DNA of 64,000 nt from Nemertoderma westbladi (Eukaryota; Animalia; Xenacoelomorpha): assembly GCA_032718475.1 (NCBI GenBank), contig JAUCBJ010005741.1:1-64000 (forward strand), given 5' to 3'. The notes under the pieces are model-generated. The model saw only the letters and a list, made by a program, of their open reading frames with translations. It did not search any database and was not told the DNA's origin. Positions 1-14,992 of the stretch are shown here, piece after piece (the first letter of the stretch is position 1; every line of letters starts with the position of its first letter). A program made the translations under genes and the position numbers.

Positions 1-1908
1 CCTAAAAACACACTACGACGTAATATATTCGAATATAGTTAAATAACTCTGGAAGCCCTGTGTTTTCTGAGTTGTAACACTGTGTACAAATTGGGAATAG
101 TAACCCCAATTGTCTCACACTTTCTCAAGTCACTGGCACTGTCTCGTCGAAAGTTATAACCTTTTAACTGGTTCTGTAGGAAGTAACATGAAAAAACGCC
201 GCTTATAGCCTAAAAACACACTACGACGTAATATATTCGAATATAGTTAAATAACTCTGGAAGCCCTGCGTTTTCTGAGTTGTAACACTGTGTACAAATT
301 GGGAATAGTAACCCCAATTGTCTCACACTTTCTCAAGTCACTGGCACTGTCTCGTCGAAAGTTATAACCTTTTAACTGGTTCTGTAGGAAGTAACATGAA
401 AAAACGCCGCTTATAGCCTAAAAACACACTACGACGTAATATATTCGAATATAGTTAAATAACTCTGGAAGCCCTGTGTTTTCTGAGTTGTAACACTGTG
501 TACAAATTGGGAATAGTAACCCCAATTGTCTCACACTTTCTCAAGTCACTGGCACTGTCTCGTCGAAAGTTATAACCTTTTAACTGGTTCTGTAGGAAGT
601 AACATGAAAAAACGCCGCTTATAGCCTAAAAACACACTACGACGTATTATATTCGAATATAGTTAAATAACTCTGGAAGCCCTGTGTTTTCTGAGTTGTA
701 ACACTGTGTACAAATTGGGAATAGTAACCCCAATTGTCTCACACTTTCTCAAGTCACTGGCACTGTCTCGTCGAAAGTTACAACCGTTTAACTGGTTCTG
801 TAGGAAGTAACATGAAAAAACGCCGCTTATAGCCTAAAAACACACTACGACGTAATATATTCGAATATAGTTAAATAACTCTGGAAGCCCTGCGTTTTCT
901 GAGTTGTAACACTGTGTACAAATTGGGAATAGTAACCCCAATTGTCTCACACTTTCTCAAGTCACTGGCACTGTCTCGTCGAAAGTTACAACCTTTTAAC
1001 TGGTTCTGTAGGAAGTAACATGAAAAAACGCCGCTTATAGCCTAAAAACACACTACGACGTAATATATTCGAATATAGTTAAATAACTCTGGAAGCCCTG
1101 CGTTTTCTGAGTTGTAACACTGTGTACAAATTGGGAATAGTAACCCCAATTGTCTCACACTTTCTCAAGTCACTGGCACTGTCTCGTCGAAAGTTACAAC
1201 CTTTTAACTGGTTCTGTAGGAAGTAACATGAAAAAACGCCGCTTATAGCCTAAAAACACACTACGACGTAATATATTCGAATATAGTTAAATAACTCTGG
1301 AAGCCCTGCGTTTTCTGAGTTGTAACACTGTGTACAAATTGGGAATAGTAACCCCAATTGTCTCACACTTTCTCAAGTCACTGGCACTGTCTCGTCGAAA
1401 GTTATAACCTTTTAACTGGTTCTGTAGGAAGTAACATGAAAAAACGCCGCTTATAGCCTAAAAACACACTACGACGTAATATATTCGAATATAGTTAAAT
1501 AACTCTGGAAGCCCTGCGTTTTCTGAGTTGTAACACTGTGTACAAATTGGGAATAGTAACCCCAATTGTCTCACACTTTCTCAAGTCACTGGCACTGTCT
1601 CCTCGAAAGTTATAACCTTTTAACTGGTTCTGTAGTAAGTAACATGAAAAAACGCCGCTTATAGCCTAAAAACACACTACGACGTAATATATTCGAATAT
1701 AGTTAAATAACTCTGGAAGCCCTGTGTTTTCTGAGTTGTAACACTGTGTACAAATTGGGAATAGTAACCCCAATTGTCTCACACTTTCTCAAGTCACTGG
1801 CACTGTCTCGTCGAAAGTTATAACCTTTTAACTGGTTCTGTAGGAAGTAACATGAAAAAACGCCGCTTATAGCCTAAAAACACACTACGACGTATTATAT
1901 TCGAATAT
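1..1908. repeat. 208-bp satellite, ~9.2 near-identical copies, runs off the left edge
   Basis: CCTAAAAACACACTACGACG recurs at 1, 209, 417, 1041 and 1873. The unit contains the palindrome ATATTCGAATAT and the hairpin AATTGGG..CCCAATT. Confidence 0.98.
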
Positions 1909-4900
1909 GATGCGTGATCTACTGTTTAACACAGTGGTACACACAATGGCGATGCGTGATCTACTGTTTAACACAGTGGTACACACAATGGCGATGCGTG
2001 ATCTACTGTTTAACACAGTGGTACACACAATGGCGATGCGTGATCTACTGTTTAACACAGTGGTACACACAATGGCGATGCGTGATCTACTGTTTAACAC
2101 AGTGGTACACACAATGGCGATGCGTGATCTACTGTTTAACACAGTGGTACACACAATGGCGATGCGTGATCTACTGTTTAACACAGTGGTACACACAATG
2201 GCGATGCGTGATCTACTGTTTAACACAGTGGTACACACAATGGCGATGCGTGATCTACTGTTTAACACAGTGGTACACACAATGGCGATGCGTGATCTAC
2301 TGTTTAACACTGTGGTACACACAATGGCGATGCGTGATCTACTGTTTAACACAGTGGTACACACAATGGCGATGCGTGATCTACTGTTTAACACTGTGGT
2401 ACACACAATGGCGATGCGTGATCTACTGTTTAACACAGTGGTACACACAATGGCGATGCGTGATCTACTGTTTAACACTGTGGTACACACAATGGCGATG
2501 CGGGATCTACTGTTTAACACAGTGGTACACACAATGGCGATGCGGGATCTACTGTTTAACACTGTGGTACACACAATGGCGATGCGTGATCTACTGTTTA
2601 ACACAGTGGTACACACAATGGCGATGCGTGATCTACTGTTTAACACAGTGGTACACACAATGGCGATGCGTGATCTACTGTTTAACACTGTGGTACACAC
2701 AATGGCGATGCGTGATCTACTGTTTAACACTGTGGTACACACAATGGCGATGCGTGATCTACTGTTTAACACTGTGGTACACACAATGGCGATGCGGGAT
2801 CTACTGTTTAACACTGTGGTACACACAATGGCGATGCGTGATCTACTGTTTAACACAGTGGTACACACAATGGCGATGCGTGATCTACTGTTTAACACAG
2901 TGGTACACACAATGGCGATGCGTGATCTACTGTTTAACACAGTGGTACACACAATGGCGATGCGGGATCTACTGTTTAACACAGTGGTACACACAATGGC
3001 GATGCGGGATCTACTGTTTAACACAGTGGTACACACAATGGCGATGCGTGATCTACTGTTTAACACAGTGGTACACACAATGGCGATGCGGGATCTACTG
3101 TTTAACACAGTGGTACACACAATGGCGATGCGGGATCTACTGTTTAACACAGTGGTACACACAATGGCGATGCGTGATCTACTGTTTAACACTAGTGGTA
3201 CACACAATGGCGATGCGGGATCTACTGTTTAACACAGTGGTACACACAATGGCGATGCGTGATCTACTGTTTAACACAGTGGTACACACAATGGCGATGC
3301 GTGATCTACTGTTTAACACAGTGGTACACACAATGGCGATGCGGGATCTACTGTTTAACACAGTGGTACACACAATGGCGATGCGTGATCTACTGTTTAA
3401 CACAGTGGTACACACAATGGCGATGCGTGATCTACTGTTTAACACTGTGGTACACACAATGGCGATGCGTGATCTACTGTTTAACACTGTGGTACACACA
3501 ATGGCGATGCGTGATCTACTGTTTAACACAGTGGTACACACAATGGCGATGCGTGATCTACTGTTTAACACAGTGGTACACACAATGGCGATGCGTGATC
3601 TACTGTTTAACACAGTGGTACACACAATGGCGATGCGTGATCTACTGTTTAACACAGTGGTACACACAATGGCGATGCGTGATCTACTGTTTAACACAGT
3701 GGTACACACAATGGCGATGCGTGATCTACTGTTTAACACAGTGGTACACACAATGGCGATGCGTGATCTACTGTTTAACACAGTGGTACACACAATGGCG
3801 ATGCGTGATCTACTGTTTAACACAGTGGTACACACAATGGCGATGCGTGATCTACTGTTTAACACAGTGGTACACACAATGGCGATGCGTGATCTACTGT
3901 TTAACACTGTGGTACACACAATGGCGATGCGTGATCTACTGTTTAACACAGTGGTACACACAATGGCGATGCGTGATCTACTGTTTAACACAGTGGTACA
4001 CACAATGGCGATGCGTGATCTACTGTTTAACACAGTGGTACACACAATGGCGATGCGTGATCTACTGTTTAACACTGTGGTACACACAATGGCGATGCGG
4101 GATCTACTGTTTAACACTGTGGTACACACAATGGCGATGCGGGATCTACTGTTTAACACAGTGGTACACACAATGGCGATGCGTGATCTACTGTTTAACA
4201 CAGTGGTACACACAATGGCGATGCGTGATCTACTGTTTAACACAGTGGTACACACAATGGCGATGCGTGATCTACTGTTTAACACTGTGGTACACACAAT
4301 GGCGATGCGTGATCTACTGTTTAACACAGTGGTACACACAATGGCGATGCGTGATCTACTGTTTAACACAGTGGTACACACAATGGCGATGCGGGATCTA
4401 CTGTTTAACACTGTGGTACACACAATGGCGATGCGTGATCTACTGTTTAACACAGTGGTACACACAATGGCGATGCGTGATCTACTGTTTAACACAGTGG
4501 TACACACAATGGCGATGCGTGATCTACTGTTTAACACAGTGGTACACACAATGGCGATGCGGGATCTACTGTTTAACACAGTGGTACACACAATGGCGAT
4601 GCGGGATCTACTGTTTAACACAGTGGTACACACAATGGCGATGCGTGATCTACTGTTTAACACAGTGGTACACACAATGGCGATGCGGGATCTACTGTTT
4701 AACACAGTGGTACACACAATGGCGATGCGGGATCTACTGTTTAACACAGTGGTACACACAATGGCGATGCGTGATCTACTGTTTAACACTAGTGGTACAC
4801 ACAATGGCGATGCGGGATCTACTGTTTAACACAGTGGTACACACAATGGCGATGCGTGATCTACTGTTTAACACAGTGGTACACACAATGGCGATGCGTG

Positions 4901-7655
4901 ATCTACTGTTTAACACAGTGGTACACACAATGGCGATGCGGGATCTACTGTTTAACACAGTGGTACACACAATGGCGATGCGTGATCTACTGTTTAACAC
5001 AGTGGTACACACAATGGCGATGCGGGATCTACTGTTTAACACAGTGGTACACACAATGGCGATGCGGGATCTACTGTTTAACACTGTGGTACACACAATG
5101 GCGATGCGTGATCTACTGTTTAACACTGTGGTACACACAATGGCGATGCGTGATCTACTGTTTAACACAGTGGTACACACAATGGCGATGCGTGATCTAC
5201 TGTTTAACACAGTGGTACACACAATGGCGATGCGTGATCTACTGTTTAACACTGTGGTACACACAATGGCGATGCGTGATCTACTGTTTAACACTGTGGT
5301 ACACACAATGGCGATGCGGGATCTACTGTTTAACACTGTGGTACACACAATGGCGATGCGTGATCTACTGTTTAACGCAGTGGTACACACAATGGCGATG
5401 CGTGATCTACTGTTTAACACTGTGGTACACACAATGGCGATGCGTGATCTACTGTATAACACAGTGGTACACACAATGGCGATGCGTGATCTACTGTTTA
5501 ACACAGTGGTACACACAATGGCGATGCGTGATCTACTGTATAACACTGTGGTACACACAATGGCGATGCGTGATCTACTGTTTAACACAATGGTACACAC
5601 AATGGCGATGCGTGATCTACTGTTTAACACAATGGTACACGCAATGGCGATGCGTGATCTACTGTTTAACACAGTGGTACACACAATGGCGATGCGGGAT
5701 CTACTGTTTAACACAGTGGTACACACAATGGCGATGCGTGATCTACTGTTTAACACAGTGGTACACACAATGGCGATGCGGGATCTACTGTTTAACACAG
5801 TGGTACACACAATGACGATGCGTGATCTACTGTTTAACACAGTGGTACACACAATGGCGATGCGTGATCTACTGTATAACACAGTGGTACACACAATGGC
5901 GATGCGTGATCTACTGTTTAACACAGTGGTACACACAATGGCGATGCGTGATCTACTGTATAACACAGTGGTACACACAATGGCGATGCGTGATCTACTG
6001 TTTAACACAGTGGTACACACAATGGCGATGCGGGATCTACTGTTTAACACTGTGGTACACACAATGGCGATGCGTGATCTACTGTTTAACACAGTGGTAC
6101 ACACAATGGCGATGCGGGATCTACTGTATAACACAGTGGTACACACAATGGCGATGCGTGATCTACTGTTTAACACAGTGGTACACACAATGGCGATGCG
6201 GGATCTACTGTTTAACACAGTGGTACACACAATGGCGATGCGGGATCTACTGTATAACACAGTGGTACACACAATGGCGATGCGTGATCTACTGTTTAAC
6301 ACAATGGTACACACAATGGCGATGCGTGATCTACTGTTTAACACAATGGTACACACAATGGCGATGCGTGATCTACTGTTTAACACAGTGGTACACACAA
6401 TGGCGATGCGTGATCTACTGTTTAACACAATGGTACACACAATGGCGATGCGTGATCTACTGTTTAACACAGTGGTACACACAATGGCGATGCGTGATCT
6501 ACTGTTTAACACAATGGTACACACAATGGCGATGCGTGATCTACTGTTTAACACAGTGGTACACACAATAGCGATGCGCGATCTACTGTTTAACACTGTG
6601 GTACACACAATGGCGAGGCGTGATCTACTGTTTAACACAGTGGTACACACAATGGCGAGGCGTGATCTACTGTATAACACAGTGGTCAACACAATGGTGA
6701 TGCGTGATCTACTGTTTAACACAGTGGTACACACAATGGCGATGCGGGATCTACTGTTTAACACTGTGGTACACACAATGGCGATGCGTGATCTACTGTT
6801 TAACACAGTGGTACACACAATGGCGATGCGGGATCTACTGTATAACACAGTGGTACACACAATGGCGATGCGTGATCTACTGTTTAACACAGTGGTACAC
6901 ACAATGGCGATGCGGGATCTACTGTTTAACACAGTGGTACACACAATGGCGATGCGGGATCTACTGTATAACACAGTGGTACACACAATGGCGATGCGTG
7001 ATCTACTGTATAACACAGTGGTACACACAATGGCGATGCGTGATCTACTGTTTAACACAGTGGTACACACAATGGCGATGCGGGATCTACTGTTTAACAC
7101 TGTGGTACACACAATGGCGATGCGGGATCTACTGTTTAACACAGTGGTACACACAATGGCGATGCGGGATCTACTGTATAACACAGTGGTGCACACAATG
7201 GCGATGCGTGATCTACTGTTTAACACAGTGGTACACACAATGGCGATACGTGATCTACTGTTTAACACAGTGGTACACAACACACAATGGCGATGCGGGA
7301 TGCGTGATCTACTGTTTAACACAGTGGTACACACAATGGCGATGCGGGATCTACTGTTTAACACAATGGCGATGCGGGATCTACTGTTTAACACAGTGGT
7401 ACACACAATGGCGATGTGGGATCTACTGTTTAACACTGTGGTACACACAATGGCGATGCGTGATCTACTGTTTAACACTGTGGTACACACAATGGCGATG
7501 CGTGATCTACTGTTTAACACAGTGGTACACACAATGGCGATGCGTGATCTACTGTATAACACAGTGGTACACACAATGGCGATGCGGGATCTACTGTTTA
7601 ACACAGTGGTACACACAATGGCGATGCGTGATCTACTGTATAACACAGTGGTAAA
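1909..7655. repeat. 42-bp satellite A, ~137 copies
   Basis: Unit GATGCGTGATCTACTGTTTAACACAGTGGTACACACAATGGC, seen as a 14-aa periodicity in the ORF track. Confidence 0.98.
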
Positions 7656-7745
7656 CAATGATACTATCGAATATATTGTCAGATTATTATTCTAATTGAT
7701 TATTATCGTTGCTGAATGAAGGAACTATACCAACTGTTACATTCT

Positions 7746-8111
7746 CTTAGTGGGAAACTCGCTGTTTATCTTAGTGGGAAACTCGCTGTTTATCTTAGTG
7801 GGAAACTCACTGTTTATCTTAGTGGGAAACTCGCTGTTTGTTTATCTTAGTGGGAAATTCGCTGTTTATCTTAGTGGGAAACTCGCTGTTTATCTTAGTG
7901 GGAAACTCGCTGTTTATCTTAGTGGGAAACTCGCTGTTTATCTTAGTGGGAAACTCGCTGTTTGTTTATCTTATTGGGGAACTCGCTGTTTATCTTAGTG
8001 GGAAACTCGCTGTTTATCTTAGTGGGAAACTCGCTGTTTATCTTAGTGGGAAACTCGCTGTTTATCTTAGTGGGAAACTCGCTGTTTATCTTAGTGGGAA
8101 ACTCGCTGTTT
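7746..8111. repeat. 24-bp minisatellite, ~15 copies
   Basis: Unit TTAGTGGGAAACTCGCTGTTTATC. Confidence 0.95.
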
Positions 8112-8849
8112 ACAGCCTCACAGTCGGCGTTCAAATGCCATATAAATTAATACCCGGGGCATGGTTGCTATGGGCTGTTCAGTTAGGTTGAACCATTCAG
8201 TTAATAATAAGGACTTCATCGATCACCATTGTGTGGCGTAATAGGGTCTTACAGTGGGACACAAGTGGGACGTTTCTAGTTCGACGTTATTTTCAGTTTT
8301 ATACCGTGGCCGTCTTCTATTGTGTCATTTCTTACCCTGAGAAAGTGATTTCTGATCCAAATAAAATTCGATTAAGAGATTACAAAGTTTTTTCCCTGTT
8401 GACAATCCCTTCCAAATGACTAATGTTGCATGATTGTGATTAATCTGCTCTAATATTTTGTATTATTGTTTGACTTATTATAATTTGTTATTATATATTA
8501 AGTTAGTTTAATAACGTAACTGAGATTTTGGACGGACTGACTGTCAGTTAAACTAAAGTCTGTCGTGGTAAACCCACCATTGTTCGATAATCGAGTTTTT
8601 TACGAATGTGTCTATAGTTGATATTATATTCCATTGTTGGGAAATTACCAATTATAAATCTTCCACGTTTTTAGAATGAAGCCTCGGTTTCATATATTTT
8701 TTCTACAAGTTAATTTATCTGATTGATCAATTATTTAATTTAACAAGCTTGTTTTATTGAGCCAGTAATTATTAAAGTAAAGATCTATTAATACATTTAT
8801 TATAGAGTTGTAATTAATAATTGTTAGTCTTTAAAAGCTTTTTGTTGAC

Positions 8850-8915
8850 AACAATAAATTAAATTTGAGCTTTTTATTCGAAAACAATAAATTAAATTTG
8901 AGCTTTTTATTCGAA
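8850..8915. repeat. 33-bp direct duplication
   Basis: ACAATAAATTAAATTTGAGCTTTTTATTCGAAA occurs twice in tandem. Confidence 0.85.
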
Positions 8916-8934
8916 ACCTGAAACATACTCCCCG

Positions 8935-10290
8935 GTATACATCATGTGACCCAGTAAACTGTGTACACATCACATGACCCAGTAAACTGTGTACGCTTAA
9001 CGTGACCCAGCGAATTGTGTACACTTAACGTGACCCAGTAAATTGTGTACACATCACATGACCCAGTAAACTGTGTACACTTAACGTGACCCAGTAAATT
9101 GTGTACACCTAACGTGACCCAGTAAACTGTGTACACATCACGTAACCTAGTAAACTGTGTACCCTTAACGTGACCCAGTAAACTGGGTACACATCACATG
9201 ACCCAGTAAACTTTGTGCACATCACATGACCGAGTAAACTGTGTGCACTTAACGTGACCCAGTAAACTGTGTACACTTAACGTGACCCAGTAAATTGTGT
9301 ACACTTAACGTGACCCAGTAAACTGGGTACACATCACATGACCCAGTAAACTGTGTACACTTAACGTGACCCAGTAACCTGGGTACACATGAGATGACTC
9401 AGTAATCTGTGTACACATCACGTGGTACACATCATGTGACCCAGTAAACTGTGTACACATCACATGACCCAGTAAACTGTGTACGCTTAACGTGACCCAG
9501 CGAATTGTGTACACTTAACGTGACCCAGTAAATTGTGTACACATCACATGACCCAGTAAACTGTGTACACTTAACGTGACCCAGTAAATTGTGTACACCT
9601 AACGTGACCCAGTAAACTGTGTACACATCACGTAACCTAGTAAACTGTGTACCCTTAACGTGACCCAGTAAACTGGGTACACATCACATGACCCAGTAAA
9701 CTTTGTGCACATCACATGACCGAGTAAACTGTGTGCACTTAACGTGACCCAGTAAACTGTGTACACTTAACGTGACCCGGTTAACTGTGTGCACATCACG
9801 TGACCCAGTAAACTTGGTATACATCACATGACCCAGTAAACTTGGTATACATCACATGACCCAGTAAACATGGCATATATCACTTGTCCCAGTCAATGGG
9901 TATTCATCACGAGCCAGTAAACTATGTACACAACACGTGACTCACTAAACTGTGTAGTACACATCACATGACCCAGTTAACTTGTACCATCTTCACTCAG
10001 TAAACATGGTATACATCACATGACTCGGTAAACATAGTATACATCACATGACCCAGTAAACTTGGTATACATCACTTGTCCCAGTCAATGGGTATTCATG
10101 ACGAGCGAGTAACCTGTGTACACATCACATGACCCACTAAACTGTTACACATCACATGACCCAGTTAACTTGTACCATCTCATGTCTCACTCAGTAAACA
10201 TGGTATACATCACATGACTCGGTAAACATGGTATACATCACATGTCTCTTTAAACTGGGTTTATAACTCATGACCCAGTCAATTGGGTGC
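8935..10290. repeat. ~28-bp minisatellite with an internal 490-bp-offset block duplication, degenerate to the right
   Basis: Unit approximately TGACCCAGTAAACTGTGTACACATCACA. Identical translated blocks at 8942-9136 and 9432-9626. Confidence 0.93.
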
Positions 10291-10588
10291 ACACGTACGT
10301 ACATCAGAGGTCCTCTTTGCAGACGGCATGGGACACCATCACTTCGTTCATTCTCAGTTAAAATGTTTTAATGTCGTTTATTATTTTCGTAATCTACGGC
10401 GTTAGAGCACTCCATGATGTTGCATTAATTGACTCAACTATTACTAATGTCGGCCCAACTAGCTACAAATAATAATTGATGCTAATTTTCGGCAAGTTTG
10501 TGGTCATGAAAATATACTAGGCCATTTGTTAGAATTTGCGGATTTATATTTCAATGATTATTTGTTTTGGAATATTTCGTATACGCAG

Positions 10589-10687
10589 GTTCTCACTATG
10601 ATCCTATCCATTTGTCTTATCCGAGAAATTATCTCTGAGCCTGAGGTGACCTATGGTGCCCCCGAATCACCAGATGTTATGATGTGA
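10589..10687 (+). CDS. Candidate tetraspanin terminal exon A (end of TM4 + tail): VLTMILSICLIREIISEPEVTYGAPESPDVMM*
   Basis: Acceptor TTTCGTATACGCAG, phase 0, hydrophobic stretch then CLIR, aligns with exons B and C. AATAAA at 10831. Confidence 0.6.
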   Translation, partial: VLTMILSICLIREIISEPEVTYGAPESPDVMM

Positions 10688-11405
10688 ACCAAAGTTCCCG
10701 GTAGAAATCTCGACGTTGACTTGGATTTATAACAAATTCTAATCCGTTTCTATTTAGGGAACCGCATTTAATCAACTCAGTTTAATATTCAAAAACTCAA
10801 TTTATTATTGAAGCAATCAACCCACCCGTTAATAAACATTGCGATTACTGTTAATATAAAGTGCTTTGCTACGCCGTCAAATAAGTATTTTTATTCGAAA
10901 ATTGAAATATTACTTATGCGAAGGCTGATATTATTAGAGCAATGTATATATGTCCGTTTGTTGGAGTAGATTAGTGTTCGTTACCAACCCACTATTCGAG
11001 ATTCACTTTACTTTGTCGAGAATTCTACATGAATACCAGTTCCTACTGTTTGCTATAGGGTGTCGTATGCTGATCGTATTTGTCAATGTCTTCTCTTCCT
11101 TTTCTTATAATAAAGTTTTGACATACATGACAGACAACCTACTGAGTTAAGTAATGTTTCAAGTTTCGAATAAATCTTATTATTAATTTATCTTATACGA
11201 GTCATTCCTCTTGCTAAGAAATTTTCAGCTATTATGCCATTATTTTTTATTATTTTGTACAACCTATGTTTTTTTCTGGAATTTTTGCAATATTTTTTAT
11301 TATTTTTAGTAACGATTTCATACTTTTTATACATCTTTTGTTAAATCAATATTAATTAGACTAACGAATATTTGTTTGAATATTTTTTGTTATATATATA
11401 CGCAG

Positions 11406-11465
11406 ATTCTGGGGGTTATCCTGGCCTGTTGTATTATCCGCCATATCGGTAATGAGGTGGCTTAG
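11406..11465 (+). CDS. Candidate tetraspanin terminal exon B: ILGVILACCIIRHIGNEVA*
   Basis: T-rich tract then TATACGCAG acceptor, phase 0, with the LACC motif typical of the tetraspanin TM4 end. AATAAA at 11739. Confidence 0.75.
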   Translation: MLGVILACCIIRHIGNEVA

Positions 11466-12367
11466 TTCATTCCTTCACTCCGGCTACTACACGGTGTATC
11501 TTGTATGTATCTTCTAACTACCTTAGCTGTTGTTTCTATGTGAACTCATACTTAATTGTTTATCATCCGTACTGCCGTCATTAACGAGGTTAGCTTATCA
11601 TCATCATCACACTTCGCTATATCATCTGTTACTGTTAGTTATTGGTGGTAGTTGCATGCGAGATACAGCCATTTTAGTGAAATACGTGTAACAATTACAA
11701 TTCGCCATTATTTATATTTTTTATGTTCTTTCTAATTGAATAAATATTAAGTATTATTTTATTTTTTTGTCACACTTTGACTAATATTAATTAATTAAAA
11801 GAAGTCATTAATATTCATTTATTTTTTATCCGCTTGCCTTTCGTTGCTGATGATAAAATAAAATCATCATAAAATGTATTTCGTTATCAAAATGATGTCA
11901 TCTGCCGCTAGATGGAAATACGAATTACTTATTATTATAATTCCTATTCTATTCAATTCGTTAGGTGAAATTTCATTATTTAAAGTTTTCAACCTTTTTC
12001 TCCGCGGGAAAAATGACTTAGATATGAATTCATAGGATTTACTTTTTCAGGGGAAAGTAAAATTAAAATAAATAGTTAAATACGACTTGCTAAACTAAAC
12101 TAAATCTAAACTGCGGCTAGTTGGTATTCCTCATGGATCAGTAATTACCCAAGAGAAGCGGCGGAGAACATGTTTCTATGTATTTACCTCTATTGCTAAG
12201 TAAATCTAAGAGTATCGGGACAGGCGTGAAACAAATGCTAATTGTTTTCTGTGTAATAAATAGGTATACCACTTACCGCAATGATAAGTAAATGATCGTT
12301 AGTTATTTCTGGTAGTTGTGTCACGACAACTTATCTAATAAATTGCATCCCATTGGAACAAAGTACG

Positions 12368-13480
12368 AAACATGATACAACAGCATACACTCTGCAACAT
12401 GATACAACATCATACACTCTGCAACATGATACAACATCATACACTCTGCAACATGATACAACAGCATACACTCTGCAACATGATACAACAGCATACACTC
12501 TGCAACATGATACAACAGCATACACTCTGCAACATGATACAACAGCATACACTCTGCAACATGATACAACATCATACACTCTGCAACATGATACAACATC
12601 ATACACTCTGCAACATGATACAACAGCATACATTCTGCAACATGATACAACAGCATACACTCTGCAACATGATACAACAGCATACACTCTGCAACATGAT
12701 ACAACAACATCATACATTCTGCAACATGATACAACTTCATACAATCTGCAACATGATACAACAGCATACACTCTGCAACATGATACAACAGCATACACTC
12801 TGCAACATGATACAACATCATACACTCAGCAACATGATACAACAGCTTACACTCTGCAACATGATACAACAGCATACACTCTGCAACATGATACAACATC
12901 ATACACTCTGCAACATCATACAACATCATACACTCTGCAACATGATACAACAGCATACATTCTGCAACATGATACAACAGCTTACACTCTGCAACATGAT
13001 ACAGCAGCATACACTCTGCAACATGATACAACAGCATACATTCTGCAACATGATACAACAGCATACACTCTGCAACATGATACAACAGCATACACTCTGC
13101 AACATGATACAACAGCATACATTCTGCAACATGATACAACAGCTTCACTCTGCAACATGATACAACAGCATACATTCTGCAATATGATACAGCATCATAC
13201 AATCTGCAACCTGATACAACAGCATACACTCTGCAACATGATACAACATCATACATTCTGCAACATGATACAACAGCTTACATTCTGCAACATGATACAA
13301 CAGCATACACTCTGCAACATGATACAACATCATACATTCTGCAACATGATACAACAGCATACATTCTGCAACATGATACAACAGCATACACTCTGCAACA
13401 TGATACAACAGCATACACTCTGCAACATGATACAACAGCATACACTCTGCAACATGATACAACAGCATACACTCTGCAAT
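12368..13480. repeat. 27-bp minisatellite, ~41 copies
   Basis: Unit CATGATACAACAGCATACACTCTGCAA. Confidence 0.97.
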
Positions 13481-14316
13481 ACACAGTTAATCAATATTAC
13501 ACTATTCATCATCTTTTAGATATTTAATTACGTCCTTGATAAAATCCAAATAATTGATATCTTTAACAAAACTGGAAGATGGAATATGGAGATTAAATAG
13601 CTGACAGGGATATTTTTTGTGGTGATCAGATTATTGTTTTTGGATTTCAGTTTAGGTACAAATTGGAAAACTTAAAAACACTAAAATACGTCCTATATTA
13701 ATATTTATACGACTACGTCGTATAAATATTAGACCATTCCATAAAGTTTGATAATGTAATTTTTATTCCCAGCCCACCCATGTAGTCTAATGATTTCATT
13801 TTATATACCTCCGTAGGGGCGGGGGCTCTTTCCACAGTCAAAATTTACCCCCCTCCCTAATCTCCCCTCCCCCACGGGTGCCACTGTGGGAAAATCTACG
13901 CAAATATCAGCTGTTTATAACTGTATTATTTATAACTGTAACGTAATACTGTTACTTATTGTTTTGGTTATGATTAGAATACGATGTCATTGTAACCTAC
14001 CATTTTCTCGTACTTCATTCATGATTGCGCCCCTTTAGACACGGGCCTACATGGTTATTTTCTGCCGGGGTTTTCATTTTAAATTGTTTGTTACCATATT
14101 AATTTAACTAGGTTCCATGTTCGTTCACGTTGCATCCGCTTGTTGAATCATATTTATCCGTCAGATATTAAATGTAATACCGATAATATTTATGAGTTAA
14201 TTCACGGTATTGTATGAGCTGAAACGAACACATATCGTCTACATGCGGGTAGCTAGTAAGCGTCGAACACATGTTGGTTGTACATGATTGTATATTATAT
14301 GAGTATTTCACTTAGA

Positions 14317-14551
14317 ACTTCCCCCGTCAGACCAGTACACCATCTGTTTCCCTTTTGATGGGCGCTGAATGAGGACTTCCCCCGTCAGACCAGTACACCA
14401 TATGTTTCCCTTTTGATGGGCGCTGAATGAGGACTTCCCCCGTCAGACCAGTACACCATATGTTTCCCTTTTGATGGGCGCTGAATGAGGACTTCCCCCG
14501 TCAGACCAGTACACCATCTGTTTCCCTTTGATGGGCGCTGAATGAGGACTT
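14317..14551. repeat. 58-bp tandem repeat, 4 copies
   Basis: ACTTCCCCCGTCAGACCAGTACACC starts at 14317, 14375, 14433 and 14491. Confidence 0.95.
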
Positions 14552-14992
14552 ACATCACGAATAGCGATTTGTTTTTTTCTTTTTTAATAAAATTAAAATA
14601 AAATCTTAAAATTATGAAAATCACCAAATGAATGAATACATTTCATATTAAACAAAATAATCGGCCATTGTTCTGTGGTGTCGGCCGCAACGAATTAACA
14701 CTTGCTTGGCGAAACTATTTTATTTTTTTTATTCGGTAATAACTAACTGTATTTTAAACTAAGTTATAGAAAAATACTTGCGGACATCTGATATCACAAG
14801 GAGAGAATCTAAAACCCCATTTAATACTCATGAACCTAATGACGTCATATCGTGATACAATTTTTGGGGTTAATTTCAATACTGTTGTTGAGTAATATAA
14901 TAATAGTATTAGTCGTCTCTTTTTTCCCCTCCCTCTCTATGCGCTATGGTTGGACCTGTGATACTGTAATTGTTATGTTATTTTTTTCACAG

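Noticed and set aside
1885-7695. Very long ORFs (up to 1478 aa) on both strands
   Set aside because: Translation of a 42-bp repeat that is stop-free in several frames. The ORFs shift frame at 1-bp indels and carry no coding signal.
10323-10361. Acceptor-like TTTGCAG followed by TAWDTITSFILS*, reminiscent of the tetraspanin EC2 start
   Set aside because: No CCG motif or donor site, and an early stop. Likely chance.
12321-13519. LQHDTT / LLYHVAEC repeat ORFs
   Set aside because: A 27-bp minisatellite open in several frames, lying in presumptive intron sequence.
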